DNA from: Eledone cirrhosa
Taxonomy: Eukaryota
NCBI GenBank assembly: GCA_964016885.1
Contig: OZ024747.1
Coordinates: forward strand, 2,232,001-2,296,000
DNA: 64,000 nt
Direction of reading: 5' to 3'
The notes under the pieces are model-generated. The model saw nothing but the letters and a program-made list of their open reading frames with translations, did not search any database and was not told the origin of the DNA. The position numbers and the translations under genes are program-made. Each line of letters opens with the position of its first letter. The first letter of the stretch is position 1. Shown piece by piece: positions 52,040-64,000 of this stretch.

Positions 52040-53470
52040 AAAAATATAGTAAAACACACTCGTCACTTATATATATGTATGAGATGAAAGAATGGTATTT
52101 AACTAATGTAATGGTACATGATGGGGCCCACCCACAGCCCCAGCGGACAGAATGGAGAAAGCGTTTCCTCGGAGGACGGCAAGGGAGACGCGCTGGAAAA
52201 GCCACTCCAACTCGCGGGGCTCACACCTATGGCTGGCCAGCTCAGCGCCTATGGTGGTGAGTAAGGAGGTAGCCCTGGGGCCGAGGACACCAGAAGTTTC
52301 CACTGCCAGGGGAATGACCGCAAACCTGTCGGAGAGCGACCGGTATTTGAGGAGTTTGGCCCCCTCAGCCCGACGTGCAGCAGAACCTGGGTCAGTCGCA
52401 GACTGCACCAGGTTGCTGCTGCAGAAAGTGTCAGTGCAAGTGGCATCCCAGACGAGGGGTTTGCCACCGCGGAACGGGAAGATGGTCATGCCATCTGGCC
52501 TTTTGCCGTCCCCTCAATCCAGCCCCACCGGCTCGAGCTGGGAAAGGAAGCCTGCAGCATCCAAGCCATGCTTAATGACCTCGTTGAGGGCAGCATGGCG
52601 TGGAATGTGGCCGGCACTGTGGCGACAGGAAAGCGGGTGGAGGCCGAAAGAGTCCACGGTGGAACCGCAGTGACATTGTTGTGACTGGCAGATCCGGAGG
52701 CCGAGCCTCAGGGAAACGCCGATGCGCAGGCTATGGTTGTCTAGCTGCGTGCCAGTGGAGAAGGAGGGCAGGGCATGGAGCCAGGCACCACTGTGGAGTT
52801 TGGAGGCTGCACGAAAACAAGCAAGGCGGTGCTGGTCGAGCTGGTGCGTGAGCCTGTCTGAGGCCAGGCTGCACTGGATGGCATCCCAAGTGTGTTGGGG
52901 GGACTTGACGTCAACAGGGGGAGAAGGAGGAGGGACATCTACTGGGCTAAGTCCCAGCCAGTCCCACGTCTCACAGGCAGCCTCACGTTCTCTGAACACA
53001 GAGGGTTCTGTTGTGTTTTGAAGAACCCTGCTGACGAGGACGCGGCACGAGGTTACCGATGAAAGATATGCTGGCAAAGCTAGTGAGATCGGGGACCGGA
53101 GGCCTAGGCCGCCATACCTGACCGGTAAAGTGGCCTGTTGCCACCCTATGTCGTCAAACTTGACGTTGCATATCCCCTCGGTATCGAGGTCAGCGAGGAG
53201 AGATGTCTGGGTGTAGCATGGAGCGCTGCAGAGTGTATAGAGGAGATTCGGCATGGCGAAGCAGTTCCTCAGCAGAAAGAGAGCTGGGTGGCCGTCAATC
53301 AAGCCCAGTCGGCTCGTGAGAGTCTGGAGCTGTTGAAGCCTGGACCTGATGGTGGAGTGGATGGCCGGCGGGTGGATCGGTGACCCGAGGATGAAGACAT
53401 CCTCTTTGGGGGTCACCTGAACCTGGCGGAGAATGGACCGCACATCCAAGACAGAGGCTGCAAAGCTCAC
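52040..53470 (-). mobile_element. 5'-truncated CRE-clade non-LTR retrotransposon (RT thumb, Zn finger, RLE)
   Basis: QATLPVRYGGLGLRS, SGAWLHALPS, SLRLGL, CHCG..GLHPLSC..RHAALN, EPVGLD*GDGKRPDG, WDATC, KLLKY, PLAVETSG, QRVSLAVLRGNA. ORFs 53470-52514 and 52489-52103 share a frame separated by one TGA. The 3' boundary is approximate. Confidence 0.85.
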
Positions 53471-53510
53471 AGCATTTTTTACTGTAATCAGAAGTAGATT
53501 TCTATCTTAA

Positions 53511-53718
53511 CCCTTTAGCATTTAAACCGGCCGTATCTGGCCAGAATTATCCCACCTCATTCTGTTCAAACTGGCTGTAACTGGCCATTCATACTGATGT
53601 TAAGGTATTGTTCTCAAAATAAACAATATAAAAATCTCATAGATTCAACATTATGTGAGATAAAGTGTTTACCATGAAAATATAATAGTAAACATAGAGT
53701 AATGTAAATGGAAGAGGG
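53511..53718. mobile_element. piggyBac-like MITE (same family as 42986-43200)
   Basis: TTAA|CCCTTTAGCATTTAAACCGGCC ... GAGGG|TTAA; internal similarity to the other copy. Confidence 0.8.
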
Positions 53719-53769
53719 TTAAAGGAATCAAAGATTGAATATTGTATATTTAAAAAAGTTAATTTAAGG

Positions 53770-54082
53770 CTAACAATTTTGGAGTAGGGGAAAGTTGATT
53801 AATTCAACCCTATTTCATTACTGCTAATTTATCTTACTTCGATGGGATTTGAACTTAGAACGTATAGAGCTATAACTCTATGCCATTAAGCATCTTGAAT
53901 GCTCCACTGATACTGCCAATCCATTATTATTGGTAGAGGGTCGGATGCCATGCTTTCTAGCATAGAGTTACAGCTCTTTATGATCTGAGTTCAAATCCCG
54001 TCGAGGTTAACTTTGCCTTATGGGGTCGATAAAATAATGTACCAGTAATGTACTGGGTAATGTGCCAAAAGTAGAAACAATC
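53770..54082. mobile_element. Head-to-head pair of SINE family A copies (minus ~53770-53925, plus ~53931-54082)
   Basis: gggatttgaacttagaacg on one side; gagttcaaatcccgtcgaggttaactttgcc..ggggtcgataaaat on the other. Confidence 0.65.
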
Positions 54083-55035
54083 ATTATTTTTAATTTTCTA
54101 CCCAAATTTTTTTAGAGGGGGGGGGGGGGGGGGGGCTCTATTTTATATAAAGGTCTCAGCAGGTGAAAGTCAGGCCCTGTCACTGTTCGGTTTCTAGTAT
54201 TTCCTAACATATTATAACATATATATAAATATAGCCACTGATGATGTTTAAGTGTTCTGAAGAATTAAACATCTTACAATTCCCAAAACGATAGTTATTT
54301 CTTAGCTACTAGATACAAACCAAAATTTCATATGTGATTAAATTTATTCCAATACTATCTTTCTGTCTCTGGGAAACATCAGATTCTTTCAGAGATCACG
54401 AAATAATTCCAAGAACGTTATTTTAACAACTTAGAAAATTGGAATAAATATCTAGTGATATATTATTTACAATACACATAATTCTCGTTTCCTGATTCAA
54501 TTAAATATTTACATTAACTGAATGAGATTGAAATATTCCAAGTCTAGAAATATTTCGATGGTATTTAATATGCACTTATGATTTAAAAATATGTTATCTC
54601 TGATTTAGGATGATATAAAATGTCTTCGGGAAGTAAAATATACATTAAATTAAAATATCATTGAAAAATCTTTTAATATTTTGAGTGAAGTGACAAGCAC
54701 TGTTGCAGGGATAAGAAATACAGTTTTGATTCACAATATAAGCTATTTCAATTTGTGGTCATTTTAGTTTGCTTATATGACTAATACTCTTGAGGAAATC
54801 AAGAAAATAAGAAAGAATATTCCCTTTTCTATTTAACTGACAGCAGAGAGAGAGAGAAGGGAAGGAGAGAGAGGGGTGGATAAAGAGGGAGAGAGGTGGC
54901 GGAGATGGGGAAGAGAGAGGGGGAGGGGGAGATGGGGGAGATAAAGAGGGGAGAGAGGGGGAAGAGAGAGAGAGAGGGAGGGAGAGAGTTGGGGGAGGAG
55001 ATAGAGAGGAGGAAGAGAGAGATAGGGAGGGGAGG

Positions 55036-55085
<50 letters not shown>

Positions 55086-58000
55086 TGAAAGTGAGAGAGA
55101 AAGAACAAATTAAAAACTGGAGAAAGTTTGGTGGTTTGCAGTGCTAAGATAGTTTCCTCTCATATGACAATATATGTGTATGTATGTATGTGTATGTATG
55201 TATATGTGTATGTATGTATGTGTATGTGTATGTATGTATGTGTATGTATGTATATGTGTATGTATATGTGTATGTATGTATGTGTATGTATGCATGTATA
55301 TGTGTATGCATATGTGTATGTATGCATGTATATGTGTATGTATGCATGTGTATGTGTGTGTATGCATGTATATGTGTGTGTTATGTGTACATATGTATAT
55401 ATGTATGTGTGGCTTGAAGAAGTTACAGTGAAATAAAACTTAACTAGAAATTAATTCTGAATTAACAAATTCTGTTCTGTATCTTTTATGGTCTCAGAGT
55501 TGGATAAATTGAATTGCTTTAAGCAATGTAGAATCTAAAGATATGGCCCTTGTCCATCATCAGAGGTAGAGGAAGAAAGAAAGGTGTGTTATAAGCATGT
55601 TTTTTTACTCTTTAATCAGGGAAAGGAGGGCAGTGCTTGTGACCCTTTTGGTGTCTCACAGACTGGTGGGGGAGAGTAAGGGGGGAAGGTACCATCAAAT
55701 GCATGCAATATCTGCCCGGACAGCGGGGTGGCCATTGTATGGGCTCCTGTTTGCTTGTAATAGTGAGAGATGGGGAGAGTGAGAGAGATGGGGAGAGTGA
55801 GTGAAAGAGAGAGAACAACACACTTGATAAGACAATAATAGGAAGGACATCCACCTGTAGAAAACTTGCCGAACAAAGGATTTGGAAGAGATGACTTTGT
55901 TAAACATACCTGTGTGTCAGCTGGTGGCGCTAAACCAATTGATGGATTAAGTCTGCAACTAAAGTAAGCTCTGTAGTCAGAAGATCATCATTATCATCAT
56001 CAGCAGCATCATAGTAGTTTAATGGGTAATTTCCCTGCTAGCAATGGTTGGAAGGGTCAGTACTGAAGCTGGGTTACTGATCACCCAGGCAGGCCAGAAA
56101 TCTGTATCTTGCTTATATACAGTCCCATGTTCATCCGAGTGCCCAGGAAAAGTTGTCATGTCTTTGATACAACTGAGAGGCCCTCCTAAGCCTCTGTTGG
56201 TAAACTTTCTATGGCTAGATGACCTTCCCATTGCCAACCACTTTACAGTGTGTACTTTGTGTAATTATGTAAATAATCAACAGTAGTGAGGCTGTCATGT
56301 TCTTGACACAACTGAAGAATCTTCATAACCTTTTGTTTGGCAAACTTTCTACAGCTGGATGCCCTTCATACCACCAACCACTTTACAGCATGTACTGGAT
56401 GTATTTCTCATGTAAACCACCAACATTAAAGAGGTTGTACTGTGGCACAACTGATTCTTGTACTTCAACAGTATTTCTGTCTCTTTTTTGGCAATGTTTT
56501 GGTCAGAAACTATTGAGATTTTTTATCAGAGTACAGATATTTTTTGTTCTAATCCTTGATTATTATAGCTGGAGAGTTTACCTTCATCTTATTATCAATT
56601 TACATCAGCATATTTCACATGACTGTGGCCACATCATTACATGTTTTTGTGTTTGCTACATGTTTATATCAGTTCCTATTAATTTTCAGTATATTGCCTA
56701 CTGGACATTGTTGACTTAATTATATCTATAGGTAGTTCTGATCTAATTCTCTCATTTTGCCATTTCTACCTGATTTAATGTTCTCACTTTTAGCTAATTC
56801 ACTTCTTTTTATAGCAGAATTCATGTATTTGTCAAATACCATACTTATTTTTATGAAGAATTTCTAATAGGTTTTTCAGCTAGCTATTATTCCTTATAAA
56901 TATGTTTAAGTCCTTCATACAAACGAGATGGTTTATAGTTTAGCATATAACCATCATCATCATCATCATAGCCATCATCATCATTATTGCTGTTGTTGTT
57001 TATGTTTTGTTGTTGTTGTGTACAACTACCATTACTTCTCTTCCAAAATATCCATATGCTAAAAATATAGATGCCTCTTGTAATATTTAGTTTGTTTGCT
57101 TGATTGCTTACTTAAGTGTCCACTCTGGTTATCTCAGAAATTACTGGAGATAGAATGTCTAAATTCGTCATCGGTGATTGCTAAGTAAAAAATAAAATAA
57201 TATTTTCATGTTTAAAATTTGTGTTGTTTTTTTAACATGTCTTATAGTTATGCTGGACAATTTATCGATTCTATGAAAACCAAAATAAGTTACATAAAAA
57301 TGAAATGCAATAATATTAGTTCTATGAAAATAAATTGATTATATGAACAACAAATTCTAATAAAAACTAAGTTCCATACCGAGTTTACTTAGCTACAGAA
57401 TTCCTTTCAGTTATTGCTGCCTATAAATGCTAGATGTTTCAAATTCATAAGGACCAAACAAATAACGTTAAGCTTATGAAACAACCTCTGTATGGTTGCT
57501 AAATCTGCTAAAAATAACAGTCAAACCTCCCCCCCAAATCCCACTCATTGATAAAAGGACACATTGGACTGTGTAGTCCTAGATATATGAATAGACACTA
57601 TGATCATAACTGGAACATTCTTGATCATAGTTGATTTCAATGAGAGATGGGTTGACTTGGTCCAAACCAACAACAACAACTAATGGATGTGTTTGTAGTG
57701 TATGACATAACAGTTGAGGTTCATTGATCTAGTTAACCATTTATTACCACCAAATATCAACTGAATGCTTTATAGTGAATTCCACTTTCAAGAGTGTCTG
57801 CTGTTCTAGAAAGGTGACATTTTCTGATTCAGCTTTAGCCTGTTTTTTTTTATTATTTATTTTTTGGCTTTACAGAGAATTGGTCAACAAGATCCCTGCC
57901 CTCATTCACTTAGAGTGTGAGGAGGAACTTGTCAAATTGAACCAAGGAAACAATGTTTCTATTGGTCTTTCCATTGCCGATACTGTCTACCCATTGCAAC

Positions 58001-58188
58001 TCATGGCAGAAAGGGCAATATGAAATAAAGTGTTTTAATCAAGGACATAATGCATCACCCAGACCAGGTATTGAACTCACAACCTCACAATTATGAATAC
58101 AACTCTCTACTCAGCCGCACACCTTCACAGGATTGTTTATTGCAGTAGATATCAGTAATGAGGAGTAGATGTTCCAAATAAGGTGTTG

Positions 58189-61100
58189 GCAACAACACTC
58201 CATCATCATCATCAGCAACACTATAAACAACAACACTCCATCATCATCATCACCAACACTATAAACAACAATACTCCATCATCATCATCACCAACACTAT
58301 AAACAACAACACTCCAGCATCATCATCATCACCAACACTATAAGAAACAATACTCCATCATCATCATCACCAACACTATAAACAACAACACTCCATCATC
58401 ATCATCACCAACACTATAAACAACAACACTCCATCATCATCATCACCAACACTATAAACAACAACACTCCATCATCATCATCACCAACACTATAAACAAC
58501 AACACTCCATCATCATCATCACCAACACTATAAACAACAACACTCCATCATCATCATCACCAACACTATAAACAACAACACTCCATCATCATCATCACCA
58601 ACACTATAAACAACAACACTCCATCATCATCATCACCAACACTATAAACAACAACACTCCATCATCATCATCACCAACACTATAAACAACAATACTCCAT
58701 CATCATCATCACCAACACTATAAACAACAATACTCCACCATCATCATCACCAACACTATAAACAACAACACTCCATCATCATCATCACCAACACTATAAA
58801 CAACAACACTCCATCATCATCACCACCAACACTATAAACAACAACACTCCAGCATCATCATCATCACCAACACTATAAACAACAATACTCCACCATCATC
58901 ATCACCAACACTATAAACAACAACACTCCATCATCATCATCACCAACACTATAAACAACAACACTCCAGCATCATCATCATCACCAACACTATAAACAAC
59001 AATACTCCATCATCATCATCACCAACACTATAAACAACAATACTCCATCATCATCATCACCAACACTATAAACAACAATACTCCATCATCATCACCACCA
59101 ACACTATAAACAACAACACTCCATCATCATCATCACCAACACTATAAACAACAACACTCCATCATCATCATCACCAACACTATAAACAACAACACTCCAT
59201 CATCATCATCACCAACACTATAAACAACAATACTCCATCATCATCATCACCAACACTATAAACAACAATACTCCACCATCATCATCACCAACACTATAAA
59301 CAACAATACTCCATCATCATCATCACCAACACTATAAACAACAACACTCCAGCATCATCATCACCACCAACACTATAAACAACAATACTCCATCATCATC
59401 ATCACCAACACTATAAACAACAATACTCCATCATCATCATCACCAACACTATAAACAACAATACTCCATCATCATCATCAGCAACACTATAAACAACAAT
59501 ACTCCATCATCATCATCACCAACACTATAAACAACAACACTCCAGCATCATCATCACCACCAACACTATAAACAACAACACTCCAGCATCATCATCATCA
59601 CCAACACTATAAACAACAATACTCCATCATCATCATCACCAACACTATAAACAACAACACTCCAGCATCATCATCATCACCAACACTATAAACAACAATA
59701 CTCCATCATCATCATCACCAACACTATAAACAACAATACTCCACCATCATCATCACCAACACTATAAACAACAATACTCCATCATCATCACCACCAACAC
59801 TATAAACAACAACACTCCATCATCATCATCACCAACACTATAAACAACAATACTCCATCATCATCACCACCAACACTATAAACAACAACACTCCATCATC
59901 ATCATCACCAACACTATAAACAACAATACTCCATCATCATCATCACCAACACTATAAACAACAACACTCCATCATCATCATCACCAACACTATAAACAAC
60001 AACACTCCAGCATCATCATCATCACCAACACTATAAACAACAATACTCCACCATCATCATCACCAACACTATAAACAACAACACTCCATCATCATCACCA
60101 CCAACACTATAAACAACAATACTCCATCATCATCATCACCAACACTATAAACAACAACACTCCAGCATCATCATCACCAACACTATAAACAACAACACTC
60201 CAGCATCATCATCATCAGCAACACTATAAACAACAATACTCCACCATCATCACCACCAACACTATAAACAACAATACTCCATCATCATCACCACCAACAC
60301 TATAAACAACAACACTCCATCATCATCACCACCAACACTATAAACAACAACACTCCATCATCATCATCAGCAACACTATAAACAACAATACTCCATCATC
60401 ATCACCACCAACACTATAAACAACAACACTCCATCATCATCACCACCAACACTATAAACAACAACACTCCATCATCATCATCACCAACACTATAAACAAC
60501 AACACTCCATCATCATCATCACCAACACTATAAACAACAATACTCCATCATCATCATCAGCAACACTATAAACAACAATACTCCATCATCATCACCACCA
60601 ACACTATAAACAACAATACTCCATCATCATCATCAGCAACACTATAAACAACAATACTCCATCATCATCACCACCAACACTATAAACAACAACACTCCAT
60701 CATCATCACCACCAACACTATAAACAACAACACTCCAGCATCATCATCACCACCAACACTATAAACAACAATACTCCATCATCATCATCAGCAACACTAT
60801 AAACAACAATACTCCATCATCATCACCACCAACACTATAAACAACAATACTCCATCATCATCACCACCAACACTATAAACAACAACACTCCATCATCATC
60901 ACCACCAACACTATAAACAACAATACTCCATCATCATCATCAGCAACACTATAAACAACAATACTCCATCATCATCACCACCAACACTATAAACAACAAT
61001 ACTCCATCATCATCATCAGCAACACTATAAACAACAATACTCCATCATCATCACCACCAACACTATAAACAACAATACTCCATCATCATCACCACCAACA

Positions 61101-64000
61101 CTATAAACAACAACACTCCATCATCATCACCACCAACACTATAAACAACAATACTCCATCATCATCACCACCAACACTATAAACAACAACACTCCATCAT
61201 CATCATCACCAACACTATAAACAACAACACTCCATCATCATCACCACCAACACTATAAACAACAATACTCCATCATCATCATCAGCAACACTATAAACAA
61301 CAATACTCCATCATCATCACCACCAACACTATAAACAACAATACTCCATCATCATCATCAGCAACACTATAAACAACAATACTCCATCATCATCACCACC
61401 AACACTATAAACAACAATACTCCATCATCATCACCACCAACACTATAAACAACAACACTCCATCATCATCACCACCAACACTATAAACAACAATACTCCA
61501 TCATCATCACCACCAACACTATAAACAACAACACTCCATCATCATCATCACCAACACTATAAACAACAACACTCCATCATCATCATCACCAACACTATAA
61601 ACAACAACACTCCATCATCATCATCAGCAACACTATAAACAACAATACTCCATCATCATCACCACCAACACTATAAACAACAACACTCCAGCATCATCAT
61701 CACCACCAACACTATAAACAACAATACTCCATCATCATCACCACCAACACTATAAACAACAACACTCCAGCATCATCACCACCAACACTATAAACAACAA
61801 CACTCCATCATCATCATCACCAACACTATAAACAACAATACTCCATCATCATCATCACCAACACTATAAACAACAACACTCCAGCATCATCATCACCACC
61901 AACACTATAAACAACAATACTCCATCATCATCACCACCAACACTATAAACAACAACACTCCATCATCATCATCACCAACACTATAAACAACAACACTCCA
62001 TCATCATCATCACCAACACTATAAACAACAACACTCCATCATCATCATCAGCAACACTATAAACAACAATACTCCATCATCATCACCACCAACACTATAA
62101 ACAACAACACTCCAGCATCATCATCACCACCAACACTATAAACAACAATACTCCATCATCATCACCACCAACACTATAAACAACAACACTCCAGCATCAT
62201 CACCACCAACACTATAAACAACAACACTCCAGCATCATCACCACCAACACTATAAACAACAACACTCCATCATCATCATCACCAACACTATAAACAACAA
62301 TACTCCATCATCATCATCACCAACACTATAAACAACAACACTCCAGCATCATCATCATCACCAACACTATAAACAACAATACTCCATCATCATCACCACC
62401 AACACTATAAACAACAACACTCCAGCATCATCACCACCAACACTATAAACAACAACACTCCATCATCATCATCACCAACACTATAAACAACAATACTCCA
62501 TCATCATCATCACCAACACTATAAACAACAACACTCCAGCATCATCATCATCACCAACACTATAAACAACAACACTCCATCATCATCATCACCAACACTA
62601 TAAACAACAATACTCCATCATCATCATCACCACCAACACTATAAACAACAACACTCCAGCATCATCATCATCACCAACACTATAAACAACAACACTCCAT
62701 CATCATCATCACCACCAACACTATAAACAACAACACTCCATCATCATCATCACCAACACTATAAACAACAATACTCCATCATCATCACCACCAACACTAT
62801 AAACAACAACACTCCAGCATCATCATCATCACCAACACTATAAACAACAATACTCCATCATCATCACCACCAACACTATAAACAACAATACTCCATCATC
62901 ATCATCACCACCAACACTATAAACAACAACACTCCATCATCATCATCACCAACACTATAAACAACAATACTCCATCATCATCACCACCAACACTATAAAC
63001 AACAACACTCCATCATCATCATCACCACCAACACTATAAACAACAACACTCCATCATCATCATCACCAACACTATAAACAACAATACTCCATCATCATCA
63101 CCACCAACACTATAAACAACAACACTCCAGCATCATCATCATCACCAACACTATAAACAACAATACTCCATCATCATCATCAGCAACACTATAAACAACA
63201 ATACTCCATCATCATCACCACCAACACTATAAACAACAACACTCCAGCATCATCATCATCACCAACACTATAAACAACAATACTCCATCATCATCACCAC
63301 CAACACTATAAACAACAATACTCCATCATCATCATCACCACCAACACTATAAACAACAACACTCCATCATCATCATCACCAACACTATAAACAACAATAC
63401 TCCATCATCATCACCACCAACACTATAAACAACAACACTCCATCATCATCATCACCACCAACACTATAAACAACAACACTCCATCATCATCATCACCAAC
63501 ACTATAAACAACAATACTCCATCATCATCACCACCAACACTATAAACAACAATACTCCATCATCATCATCACCAACACTATAAACAACAATACTCCATCA
63601 TCATCATCAGCAACACTATAAACAACAATACTCCATCATCATCACCACCAACACTATAAACAACAACACTCCAGCATCATCATCATCACCAACACTATAA
63701 ACAACAATACTCCATCATCATCACCACCAACACTATAAACAACAATACTCCATCATCATCACCACCAACACTATAAACAACAATACTCCATCATCATCAT
63801 CACCAACACTATAAACAACAATACTCCATCATCATCACCACCAACACTATAAACAACAATACTCCATCATCATCACCACCAACACTATAAACAACAACAC
63901 TCCAGCATCATCATCATCACCAACACTATAAACAACAACACTCCAGCATCATCATCATCACCAACACTATAAACAACAACACTCCAGCATCATCATCATC
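58189..64000. repeat. 38(-41)-bp satellite array of at least 5.8 kb (~150 copies), running off the window
   Basis: ccatcatcatcatcaccaacactataaacaacaa(c/t)act; period 38. Confidence 0.97.

Noticed and set aside
52152-53383. Plus-strand ORFs over the GC-rich island
   Set aside because: Antisense shadows of the CRE retrotransposon ORF.

Overview
AT-rich, microsatellite-dense eukaryotic DNA, most likely an octopus (coleoid cephalopod), inferred from the protocadherin type and the SINE families. The only supportable host gene is one large protocadherin exon (9602-~11998, +) encoding a signal peptide, 6 cadherin repeats, a TM helix and a partial cytoplasmic tail. It is bracketed by a splice acceptor and a strong GTAAGT donor, so further exons probably exist. 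The rest is repetitive: a decayed R4/Dong-like RLE LINE, a GC-rich near-intact CRE-clade LINE fragment, RTE and CR1 LINE relics, several SINE families, piggyBac-like TTAA MITEs, many minisatellites (at least three apparently born from SINEs), and several (TA)n-associated inverted repeats. One is a perfect 69-bp palindrome carrying two back-to-back minimal hammerhead-ribozyme motifs of Penelope type. All family calls are from motif recognition by eye; no searches were run.
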